Origin: Candidatus Eiseniibacteriota bacterium
GTDB taxonomy: Bacteria > Eisenbacteria > RBG-16-71-46
Direction: 5' to 3'
Assembly (NCBI GenBank): GCA_963725865.1
Contig: CAVSAC010000014.1
Span: 992,001-1,056,000 of the forward strand
DNA: 64,000 nt
Position 1 is the first letter of the stretch, and the number at the start of each line of letters is the position of its first letter. The position numbers were made by a program, and so were the translations under genes. The notes under the pieces were generated by a model. It searched no databases, was not told the DNA's origin, and worked only from the letters and a program-made list of their open reading frames with translations. This document shows, one piece after another, positions 18,937-27,282 of this stretch.

Positions 18937-21099
18937 TCAGGAGGATGACCCGCGCAGGGGCCCGGGGGGGCTGACGTACGCCGAATGCCCCTGATAGAGC
19001 CTCAGCCGCGTGCCGATCTCGCGAGCGAGCGCGTCGGCGTGGCCCTCCCGGGCCAGAGTCACGGCCCGTCCCGCCACCCTCCCCGCCTCGCCATAGTCCC
19101 CGCCGGCAGCCAGCGCCGCGGCGTAGGTGTCGAGGACCTCGGGGCGGCGGCCCTGGGTGAGCTCCACTGCTCGAAGGGCCAGCCGCCTGGCCAGGGTGGG
19201 ATCCCTCAGCGTCGGATCGGGGCTGGTGGCCAGGAGCCACGCCAGCGTGTTCAGCGCCGGCGCCCAGTCGGGGCTCAGTTCGATGGCGCGTCGCAGGTGG
19301 ACGATCGCCTCGGGAGTGCCCCCCGGGACCAGGAGGAGCACGGCGGCCAGGTCGTAGCGGAGTTCGGGGTCGGTCGGAGCTCCGGCCACCGCGCGGCGCA
19401 GCCACGCGGCGCCCTCCGCGAGCTGGCCGTCCTGGATCAGCGCCTGACCGAGCGCGATCAGCGCCTGCTGGAAGTCGGGCTGGATGCGCACCGCCTGCCG
19501 CAGGTACCCGGTCGCCTCGCGCGCATTCCCGGCGGCGCGCAGAGTCGCACCCAGCGCACCGAGGATGTCGGGGTCATCCGGCCGCAGCTCGCGAGCCATC
19601 CGGAGTTGTTCGAGGGCCTTCTGGATCTGCCCCCGGCCCGCCAGCAGGATGCCCAGGTTGTAGCGGGTCTCCGCGACCCCCGGCTCCAACGCGACCGACT
19701 CGCTCAAGAACCGGATCGCGTCATCGGGCTTCGACTCGGACACCGCCATCAGCGCGAGGCCGTTCTTCACTGCGGGGGCATCGGGCGCCAGCCGATCCAT
19801 GTGGCGGAACAGCGTGGGCGTGTCCTTCCAGTGAAGCAGCGTGGCGCGCACGCCGCAGGCCTCGGCCCCCAGGATCAGCACCACCGGGATCGCGAGCAGC
19901 CACTTCCACGCCATGGGGCGCCGCCCGGCACTCCAGGCGGCGAGCCCTGCCGCGATCGTCAGCATCAGGCCGACCGCCGGGAAGTAGACGTACTTGTCCG
20001 AGGCGATCACCCAGCTGTATTTCACCAGTCCGAGGGTCGGCGCGATCGCGATCACGAAGAACGCCACTCCCGCCAAGGGCCCGCGCGTGCGACGGGCCGC
20101 GAGCAACAGGACCGCCGCCAGACCGAGGACGACCGCCACGCCCAGCGTCACCGCCGGATTCGAGAGCTCGAACGGCTTCGGGGGTGGATAGACGCACGTC
20201 AGGTTCACCGGGGCGAGGATCTTGCCCAGATAGAATGCGATCAGATAGCCGGCGTGAAGGGGCCACTGCAGCATCCCCGCCTGCGTCGTGGGCACGATCG
20301 TCGCCGAGTGCTGGTGCGAGACCAGCGTGATGATCGCGGACGCAAGGGAGAGTGCGAAGTAGGGCCACTTCTCGAGGACTGCGCGGGCGTTCAATCGCTT
20401 CAGCGGCCACCAGTCCATGACCAGCATCAGCAGCGGCAGCATGGTGACCGTCGGCTTGGAGAGCAGCGCGAGCACGAAGCATCCCAGCGACGCGGCCCGC
20501 CATCCCCTGGGCGAGCGCCGAAGCGACTCGACGTAGGCCACCAGCGCGGCCAGCGCGAAGCAGGCAGCCAGCAGCGTCTTGCGCTCACCCACCCACGCCA
20601 CCGGTTCGACCGTGAGTGGGTGCAGGCCGAACAGCAGCCCCGCGATCACCGCGGGGAGCAGCACGCCGAACAGGCGGTACATCAGCAGCACGAGCAACGC
20701 GGTGGTGAGCAGGTGCAGCGTCAGGCTGGTGCGATGGAACACCCGCAGGTCGTCGGGCCGCCCGCCGAGCGCGTAGTCCACCATGAGCGACGTCATCGAG
20801 AGCGGCAGGTAGTAGCCCCGCACCGTGGAGGGGCGGAGCACCTCGCGGAAGAAGCGCGCCGTGGATCCCCAGCCGGGGTGGGTGACGAGCGGGTTGTTCT
20901 TGACGAAGTCGCTGTCGTCCAGCGACGAGGCCTGCGAATCGAGCACCGGCCAGTGCGCCACCGCCACCAGCGCCACGACGAGCAACAGGGCGCCGGCCAC
21001 CGCCCCCGCGCCGCTGGCCGTGGCGCGCCGCGAAATCGGAGGTCGGGTGGACCCCGACTCGGGCACGTCCGGGGCGGAGGCGGTGCTCGAGCGGGCCAT
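18937..21099 (-). CDS. TMTC-like GT-C membrane glycosyltransferase with C-terminal TPRs
   Basis: LDDSDFV.NN, YYLPL, LFGLHPLTVEPVAWVGERK, LLSKP, SDKYVYFP, then several TPRs. Confidence 0.85.
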   Translation of the reverse strand: MARSSTASAPDVPESGSTRPPISRRATASGAGAVAGALLLVVALVAVAHWPVLDSQASSLDDSDFVKNNPLVTHPGWGSTARFFREVLRPSTVRGYYLPLSMTSLMVDYALGGRPDDLRVFHRTSLTLHLLTTALLVLLMYRLFGVLLPAVIAGLLFGLHPLTVEPVAWVGERKTLLAACFALAALVAYVESLRRSPRGWRAASLGCFVLALLSKPTVTMLPLLMLVMDWWPLKRLNARAVLEKWPYFALSLASAIITLVSHQHSATIVPTTQAGMLQWPLHAGYLIAFYLGKILAPVNLTCVYPPPKPFELSNPAVTLGVAVVLGLAAVLLLAARRTRGPLAGVAFFVIAIAPTLGLVKYSWVIASDKYVYFPAVGLMLTIAAGLAAWSAGRRPMAWKWLLAIPVVLILGAEACGVRATLLHWKDTPTLFRHMDRLAPDAPAVKNGLALMAVSESKPDDAIRFLSESVALEPGVAETRYNLGILLAGRGQIQKALEQLRMARELRPDDPDILGALGATLRAAGNAREATGYLRQAVRIQPDFQQALIALGQALIQDGQLAEGAAWLRRAVAGAPTDPELRYDLAAVLLLVPGGTPEAIVHLRRAIELSPDWAPALNTLAWLLATSPDPTLRDPTLARRLALRAVELTQGRRPEVLDTYAAALAAGGDYGEAGRVAGRAVTLAREGHADALAREIGTRLRLYQGHSAYVSPPGPLRGSSS

Positions 21100-21224
21100 G
21101 GCGGAATCCTATCGGGTGCGCTCGGCGAGCCTCAAGCGCTGACTGGCTCGACGGACGCCGGGGTGCTCGGCGTCCGCGCGCGGAGTCCTCGAGCCGCGGT
21201 CGCGATGGCGACGCGCGTTCGCGC

Positions 21225-22247
21225 TCAGTGCGGGGTGGGAGGAGTCTCGGCCACCGCCACCTTGTCGAGCAATCGCACGACGTCCGCGAATCGGGTGGCG
21301 CCGGTGGGCGCTCCGAGCACGACCGCGATCAGGTCGCGGCCCTGGTCGCGCACCCAGGTCGCGAAGCAGTAACCCGCCTCGCTGATGAAGCCGGTCTTGC
21401 CCCCGAGGATCTCGTAGCGGCTGCCGAGCAGCCGATTCGTGTTGTAGACCGCGTGATCCCAGCGATCGCTGCGGAACTCGTAGGTGCGGGTGGTCGTGAT
21501 CTCGCGGAACAGCGGCTGCCCGGCCGCGGCCCGCAGCAGGCTCGCGATGTCCGCGGCCGTCGACACGTTGCGTTCGTCGAGCCCGGTGAACTCCACGAAA
21601 TGAGTGTGCGTCAGGCCCAACTCGGCGGCCTTGCGGTTCATGCGCGCGAGGAAATCGTCGGCCGACAGCCCCGACTCGCGCGCCAGCACGCGGGTCGCGC
21701 AGTTGTCGGAGCACATGAGGCTCATGTGCAGCAAGTCGCCCAGGCGCACGTTCTCGCGGTTGTGCAGGCGCGTGCGGCCGGCGCCTTGGAGCTCGACGCG
21801 CGTCACCTCGACCTCGCGATCGAGGTCGGGCTGCAGCTCCAGGAACACCATCGCGGTCATCAGCTTCGTGAGGCTCGCGATCGGCACCAAGGTGCCGGCG
21901 GCCTTCTCGAACAGCACCTCGCCCGTGCCCGGATCGATGACGATCGCGTTGCGGGCGTACACGCCGCCGGGCGGTGCGCGGCGGGCGCGGCGGACGCGGG
22001 CACGCCGGGTCGTGCTCGCCCGCGACTTCGGGTGCGTGGCGGACGACCGCTGGACGGCGGTGGTCCGCCCGCCGGGGCTCGAGGTCTGCTTCGCAACCGG
22101 ACCGGCGGTCCGGTCGCGCGTCGCCGGATGGGCCCTGGGATTGGTCTTCCGGGGGGTCGTCGTGGCGGCATCGGCCATCATGGCGGTGCCCGCCAGAACG
22201 CCGGCGAGGAGCAGAGCGCTCCAGCGCCGTGCGGTGCGGTGCAGCAT
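21225..22247 (-). CDS. pbpG: D-alanyl-D-alanine endopeptidase/carboxypeptidase (S11, PBP7-like)
   Basis: SxxK (IASLTK), SDN and KTG motifs; signal peptide plus basic linker. Confidence 0.85.
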   Translation of the reverse strand: MLHRTARRWSALLLAGVLAGTAMMADAATTTPRKTNPRAHPATRDRTAGPVAKQTSSPGGRTTAVQRSSATHPKSRASTTRRARVRRARRAPPGGVYARNAIVIDPGTGEVLFEKAAGTLVPIASLTKLMTAMVFLELQPDLDREVEVTRVELQGAGRTRLHNRENVRLGDLLHMSLMCSDNCATRVLARESGLSADDFLARMNRKAAELGLTHTHFVEFTGLDERNVSTAADIASLLRAAAGQPLFREITTTRTYEFRSDRWDHAVYNTNRLLGSRYEILGGKTGFISEAGYCFATWVRDQGRDLIAVVLGAPTGATRFADVVRLLDKVAVAETPPTPH

Positions 22248-22336
22248 GGAACCTCCTGGTCATGTCGGAGAGGCCGATCCGTCCGTGGTATCGGCGCAGA
22301 CTGCACCGCGACTTTAGGCGAGCCGCACCCGCCCGG

Positions 22337-23059
22337 TCAACGGTCCGTGCGCGGCAGGTCCTCGCGCAGGAACAGCAGGAACGACTCCACCGCCCGCACG
22401 GCGAGCGTATCCGCCTCCGCCAGCGCCGCGAGCGCGTAGGAATCGCGACAGTCGGCGACGCGCGCCGGGATCTCGACGCGATACAGGGCCAGCACCGCGC
22501 GGAACCGGCGCTCGCCCTCGACCCGCGCGCTGTCCGGCACTTCCCGCAGGTTGAGCCGCGCGGAGCGCAGCACCTCGGGCACCCGGCGCAGGCGCCGGGC
22601 GGCCTTGCCGGCTCCGCCGCACGCGCCACCGCGGTCGAGCGCGCCGCGCACCGCGTCACCCGCCAGGTCGCCGTAGCGCGCCGGGTCGCGTTCCCACGCC
22701 CGTTGCTCGTCCTCGATCGCATGCCACGCTTCCAGCTGGCGGTGGAGCGAATCGCGCAGCGCCGCCTGGCGGGAAGACAGGCGCGCGTCGGGCAGCGCCG
22801 CGAGGCGGGCGCCGAAGTCGGCACGCCAGGCGCGATCGGCCGCGATCCACGCAGGCGTGACCGCCACCAGCAGGCCGTCGTTCGCCCGCAGGCCGGCCCG
22901 CGTGGCCTCCCACGGGCGCTGCTCGAGCAGGTGCGCGGCCCATTCGCGCTCCAGCGCCGCCAGCGAGGGGGCGGCGGTGGCCGTGCGTGCGGCGGGCGCG
23001 GACATCACGAGCGTCGCGGCGAGCACGCCCGCGAACGCCAGGCGCGCGGTGGGCGTCAT
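22337..23059 (-). CDS. Exported protein resembling only the N-terminal part of the DUF885 family (240 aa)
   Basis: Signal peptide; P..AT.AG, W.RDP..Y, RL..VP..L..AR.NL, F..FL pattern; GGAGG RBS. Confidence 0.55.
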   Translation of the reverse strand: MTPTARLAFAGVLAATLVMSAPAARTATAAPSLAALEREWAAHLLEQRPWEATRAGLRANDGLLVAVTPAWIAADRAWRADFGARLAALPDARLSSRQAALRDSLHRQLEAWHAIEDEQRAWERDPARYGDLAGDAVRGALDRGGACGGAGKAARRLRRVPEVLRSARLNLREVPDSARVEGERRFRAVLALYRVEIPARVADCRDSYALAALAEADTLAVRAVESFLLFLREDLPRTDR

Positions 23060-23193
23060 GCGAGACCTCCAGCCAGGATCCGGTCGGGAAGCGATCGACA
23101 GGTCGCGCGCGGGGGAGACGGCAGGCGCGCGTGTGCATCTCACCACGGCTGGCGGCCGCGGACAAGCCGGTGGGACCGCGAGGGCGGCCGGAG

Positions 23194-23907
23194 TCAGACG
23201 GTCGGAGGCTCGGAACGGCCCGGGCGATCGAACGCGAACGCCATGCGCGAGGGATCGGTCCCGCACGTGACCTGCACGCGGCGTGGGTCGATCGTCACCC
23301 GCATCCCATCGCCGCATCCGCCGATCGAGTCCTCGAGGCCGCCCATCAAGCCGGCGTCGTTGAGCGCGCGCGCAGGGACGTCCCACGCCAGCGCGGTGAG
23401 TCGCGTGACGAGCGACGCCGCGGTGCCGGGCGAGGCTGCGGATTCCCCGAGCCCCGGCGCGTACTCCATCGTCAGCGAGGGTGCCAGCTCGGGCACCACC
23501 GGCCGGCTCTCGCGCGAAGCGAGGCCGGAGGACAGCGCACGCTGGACCTCGGTCAGATCGAACGGCTTCCGCAGGTACTCGTGGGCGCCCATGCGCACCA
23601 CCGCCAGCGCGGACTCGAACGACGGGTAGCCGGTCATCACCACGACCACCAGGCCCGGGTCGATCTGGCGTGCGGCGCTCACCAGGGCGGCGCCGTCGAA
23701 GCCCGGCATCCGCAGGTCGGTGACGATGGCGTCGAACGTGGAGCGCCGAAGGTGCTCGAGAGCCTGATGCCCGTCGGTGACGGCGACCACGCGGGCGCCG
23801 AGATGGGCGAGGTAGTCCACGAGCATCTCGCACACCTCGTTCTGGTCGTCGACGACGAGGATGGCGCGGCCGAGCAGCGGGGATGGATGCGGAGCGGGCG
23901 TGCTCAT
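23194..23907 (-). CDS. Response regulator with an unidentified, possibly degenerate HATPase-like C-terminal domain
   Basis: ILVVDD, VTDLRMPG, MTG, YLRKPF; 4-nt overlap with the upstream gene. Confidence 0.8.
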   Translation of the reverse strand: MSTPAPHPSPLLGRAILVVDDQNEVCEMLVDYLAHLGARVVAVTDGHQALEHLRRSTFDAIVTDLRMPGFDGAALVSAARQIDPGLVVVVMTGYPSFESALAVVRMGAHEYLRKPFDLTEVQRALSSGLASRESRPVVPELAPSLTMEYAPGLGESAASPGTAASLVTRLTALAWDVPARALNDAGLMGGLEDSIGGCGDGMRVTIDPRRVQVTCGTDPSRMAFAFDRPGRSEPPTV

Positions 23908-24704
23908 GCGACCTTCCTCTCCTCGGCGGCACTGCGGCGCCGCACGAAGCGGATGCGCCGGCCACCGTCGTCCACGGTCACTTCGTCCATGAGCGCGCGC
24001 ACCAGTGCCAGCCCGTGGCGACCGCCTCCGGACTCGGGCGGGGCGGAGTAGCCGTCGCCCCCGTCCTGAACCTCGCAGGTGATCGTGTCGGGACCGATCT
24101 CGGCCCTGAACCTCACCATCCGCGCGCGCTCGAACCGGTGCCCGTGCTGCATCGCGTTCAGCAGCGTCTCGAGCACGCAGAAGCGGAACGCCGCGCGCGA
24201 GGACACGTCGAACTCCGCGCCGGTCTCGGCCACCAGGCGCTCGAGCACGTTGAACGCGCCCGCGCGAAGGCCCGGATCGGAGGGCACCTCGAACGCGCAT
24301 CGCAGCGTGCCGGGCACCGGGCCCACGGACTGCCGCGGGCGGTACTCCAGCGCGCGAGTGACCGCGGCGCGGATGGTCGTCGCATCGAACGGCTTGGGCA
24401 GGAACTCGACGGCGCCGAGCTTGCCGGCGCTGACCGCGTCGTTGAGGGTGCCGAAGCCGGTGACCACGATGAACGCGGTGTCCCCCGCGAACGGGCGCGC
24501 CTGTTCGAGCAGCTCGAGTCCCGACATGCCGCGCATGCGGAGGTCGGTGACCACCACATCGGGAGCCTGGCGCCGGATCCGCTCCAGCGCTTCGGCGCCG
24601 GTCGCAACGGTCTCCACCTCGACGCCCAGCGCCCCGATCGCGACCCCGAGGAACGAGCGCAGCAGGTCTTCGTCGTCCACCACGAGCACGGTTCGCTTCG
24701 ACAC
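23904..24704 (-). CDS. Receiver domain fused to an RsbW/SpoIIAB-like HATPase (anti-sigma kinase)
   Basis: VLVVDD, VTDLRM, FLPKPF, then ETLLNAMQHG (N box), VQDGGDG (G1), GRHGLALVRALMDEV (G2); GTG start. Confidence 0.85.
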   Translation of the reverse strand: MSKRTVLVVDDEDLLRSFLGVAIGALGVEVETVATGAEALERIRRQAPDVVVTDLRMRGMSGLELLEQARPFAGDTAFIVVTGFGTLNDAVSAGKLGAVEFLPKPFDATTIRAAVTRALEYRPRQSVGPVPGTLRCAFEVPSDPGLRAGAFNVLERLVAETGAEFDVSSRAAFRFCVLETLLNAMQHGHRFERARMVRFRAEIGPDTITCEVQDGGDGYSAPPESGGGRHGLALVRALMDEVTVDDGGRRIRFVRRRSAAEERKVA

Positions 24705-24934
24705 AGCCGCATCCCCCCTGAGCCGAGGAGTATCCGAACGGGGTTTCGGCACTTCGGGAGCCGGACTTTGGCCAGTTATCCCGGACGAACCCAGGCCAGC
24801 TCGTGCGGGACGGCCGAAGCCCGCGGGCGCGGCGGCGGCGCGCTCGGTGACCGCGCCTCGCGCCCCGTCGGCGGCCCGGGCTCCCGCAGCCGCCCGCGCG
24901 GAGCTGCGGGGCGCCGGGGGGGGCACCGCCCCGA

Positions 24935-25663
24935 TCAGGGCCGCGTCACCACATCCTTCACCAGCGTCATCGGGTCGCTCACCCGCAGCGGGGCCACCGA
25001 GAGATAGGCCTGCGCGTGGCGCACCCCGATCTGCCACCCCCAGTAGCGGGCGAACGCCTCGAACGCCTCGCGGGCGCGCGGGACGTGCTCCGGGTGCGGT
25101 CGTTCGGGGTTGTAGAACTGACTCTGGTGGCAGTCGATCGCGTTCATCCAGTCGTCGAAGTGCTCGCTCACGTCCACGATGAACGTGGGCGTGGTACCGG
25201 GCGGCAGGAAGTAGAAGAAGATCGCCTTCGCCTGATGCGGCTCGCCCTCGATCGGCGCCTTGCGCAGGTGCGCCAGGTTGTACGCGTTCGCGACGATCTG
25301 CCCGGTCTTGTAGTGGTCGTTGTGCCCGAGCCCGCGCCCGATCGGCAGCATGTAGTAGGGCGCGAGCACGATCGAGGGCCGGTTGCGCCGGATCGCCGCC
25401 GCCGCCGCACAACGGTTCTCGAACGTGTCCTCGATGCGACAGTCGCCGAGGTCGAGATTCTCACGCACGTCGAGCTGGAGGATGCGCGCCGCCTGCGCGC
25501 TCTCCTCGCCGCGGCCCTCGGGCGTGCCCCAGCCCATGTCGCCGGTCGTCATGTCGACGATCCCGGTGGTGTGCCCGAGCGCCTTCATCTTGCGGAACAG
25601 CCCGCCACAACCGATCTCGGCGTCGTCGGGATGCGGCCCGAACGCGAGCAGATCGACAGCCAT
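24935..25663 (-). CDS. bshB1: PIG-L/LmbE family deacetylase, BshB1-like
   Basis: FGPHPDDAEIGCGG, RENLDLGD, HNDH, CHQSQF. Confidence 0.75.
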   Translation of the reverse strand: MAVDLLAFGPHPDDAEIGCGGLFRKMKALGHTTGIVDMTTGDMGWGTPEGRGEESAQAARILQLDVRENLDLGDCRIEDTFENRCAAAAAIRRNRPSIVLAPYYMLPIGRGLGHNDHYKTGQIVANAYNLAHLRKAPIEGEPHQAKAIFFYFLPPGTTPTFIVDVSEHFDDWMNAIDCHQSQFYNPERPHPEHVPRAREAFEAFARYWGWQIGVRHAQAYLSVAPLRVSDPMTLVKDVVTRP

Positions 25664-25761
25664 CGAAGTGATCTCCGGAGCCAGAGGCCCAAGTGGGGTT
25701 GCGCGCGCGGAAGCGCGCGGTGCGACCGGGGCCGCATCTTAGCATCCGCTCGCCGCGGCGC

Positions 25762-26985
25762 TCACGCGCCCGCGCGGGCTCGGCGCTCGAGCGCCGCGAT
25801 GCGCGCGTCCACCGCGCGCCGCAGCCGGCGCCACGCCGCCGCCACCTGGCGCGCGTTCGCCTGGGCATAGGCGAGCGCCATGCGGGGGTCGCTGGCGGCC
25901 AGTCGCGTCATGCTGCGGAAACCCGGACCGCTGAGCCCGCGCGCGTGCGCGGCCGCGCCGAGGTCGTCGAGCGCCCGCGCGAGTACCCACGGCAGGTGGC
26001 TGGTGCGCGCGAGCGCCGCGTCGTGCAGCGCCGGCGTGCAGACCAGCGCCCGCCCGCCCACCGCGCGCACCAGCGCGCGGGCGAGCGGCGGCACCGTGCG
26101 GCGCACCGGCAGCAGCACGAACGTCTCGCCCAGGAACAGGTCGGCACGCGCCGCCGCGAACCCGCGGCCTTCGGTGCCGGCGAGCGGATGGCCGCCGACC
26201 GCGCGCAGCCCGGCGCGCGCGGCGCGCTCGAGCGCGCTCGTGACCGGCGCGCGCGCGCTCCCGGTGTCGAGCAGGCACGCCCCGCGCGGCAGCGCGGCGG
26301 TCATCGCCGCCAGCACCGCCGGCAGGCGGTCGACCGGGACCGCGGCCACCGCGACGTCCGCCGACACGCAGGCGGCCGCCAGCGAGGGCGCCGCCTCGTC
26401 GATGGCACCGGCGGCACGCGCGCGATGGAGCACGCGCCGGTCGCGGTCGAAGCCCACGCGCACCCAGCCCCCGGCGCGTCCGAGCGCCAGCCCCAGCGAG
26501 CCGCCGATCTGACCGAGACCGATCAACGCCACGCGGCGCGCGGCCGCCGCGGTCGTCGCTCGCGCATGCGCCGGAGCCGGCGCCGGCAGCTCGCGCGGCG
26601 CCGGCGCGCGCCTCGCGAACAGGTCGGGCCGCAGCACCGCCGCGCCATCGAGGTACGCCGGCGTCAGGCGCACGCCGCGCGGCACCTCGCGCACCGTGAG
26701 CAGCACGCGCACGACGCGCCCGGGCGCGCCGGGCACGCGCATCTCCTGCGCCCCCAGCAGCGGCACGTCACGCCAGCCCAACCGGCGTGCCGCGTGGGCC
26801 GGGAAGTCGGCGTCGAGATCGGGCGTGGCGGTGAACACCGCGCTCACCACCTGGCCGGGCGTGAGGCCGTTCAGGTCGAGCAGCGCCACCAGCAGGCGCG
26901 TGGTGGCGTCGAGGATGGCGTCGGAGGTGTTCGACGCCACCAGGATGGCGCCGCGCACGGCGGCGGTCTGGAGCGGGCGGGGCAT
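25762..26985 (-). CDS. aroH-tyrA: Fused AroH-type chorismate mutase and prephenate/arogenate dehydrogenase
   Basis: N-terminal AVRGAI, SAVFTATPDL.ADFPA.AAR, VPLL..QEM.V.G, YLDGA..LRPD (AroH); C-terminal IGLGQIGGSLG, DTGS, GGHPLAG, HD..LA.TSHLP, GFRSMTRLA (TyrA). Confidence 0.9.
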   Translation of the reverse strand: MPRPLQTAAVRGAILVASNTSDAILDATTRLLVALLDLNGLTPGQVVSAVFTATPDLDADFPAHAARRLGWRDVPLLGAQEMRVPGAPGRVVRVLLTVREVPRGVRLTPAYLDGAAVLRPDLFARRAPAPRELPAPAPAHARATTAAAARRVALIGLGQIGGSLGLALGRAGGWVRVGFDRDRRVLHRARAAGAIDEAAPSLAAACVSADVAVAAVPVDRLPAVLAAMTAALPRGACLLDTGSARAPVTSALERAARAGLRAVGGHPLAGTEGRGFAAARADLFLGETFVLLPVRRTVPPLARALVRAVGGRALVCTPALHDAALARTSHLPWVLARALDDLGAAAHARGLSGPGFRSMTRLAASDPRMALAYAQANARQVAAAWRRLRRAVDARIAALERRARAGA

Positions 26986-27016
26986 GGCTCCTCCTGCGGG
27001 GCCCGCGCAGGAGGGT

Positions 27017-27111
27017 GGAACGGAAGAACCCACCTCCGCGGGAACGCGGAAGTGGGTTCGAGTCGGACGCGATTCGCGCTACGCCCGGCCCCACTCCGCG
27101 CGGGAGCGGGG
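27017..27111 (-). promoter_or_regulatory. Transcription attenuator (alternative hairpins 1:2, 2:3, 3:4)
   Basis: Terminator GAACCCACTTCCGCG-TTCC-CGCGGAGGTGGGTTC then TTCCGTT; GCGGAGTGGG can pair with either CCCCGCTCC or CCCACTTCCGC. Confidence 0.8.
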
Positions 27112-27153
27112 ATACGAGTACCGGACGAAGGTCGCGACGACGCGGGATCGCAT
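27079..27153 (-). CDS. Aromatic amino-acid leader peptide MRSRVVATFVRYSYPRSRAEWGRA (24 aa; absent from the ORF track)
   Basis: ATG 27153 to TAG 27079; Phe9, Tyr12, Tyr14, Trp21; overlaps attenuator segments 1 and 2. Confidence 0.8.
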   Translation of the reverse strand: MRSRVVATFVRYSYPRSRAEWGRA

Positions 27154-27159
27154 GCGCCG

Positions 27160-27189
27160 AGGCTACGGGCGGCCCGCGCTCGCCGTCAA
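27160..27189 (-). promoter_or_regulatory. Sigma70-type promoter giving a leaderless transcript of the leader peptide
   Basis: TTGACG-N18-TAGCCT-N6-ATG. Confidence 0.7.
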
Positions 27190-27282
27190 CGAAGAACCGC
27201 GCGGCCGCGCCGGCCGCTGGCGCCCGCGCGGCCGCGCGGGCCGCTGGCGCCCGCCCACCGGGGGCTCGGGGACTCGTTCGCT

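Noticed and set aside
24759..24774. TGGCCAAAGTCCGGCT as an eighth sigma54 promoter
   Set aside because: Spacing is right but the -12 element lacks TGC; too weak at this GC content
27198..27254. Two tandem copies of a 27-nt GC-rich unit
   Set aside because: Only two copies and low complexity; likely a slippage duplication
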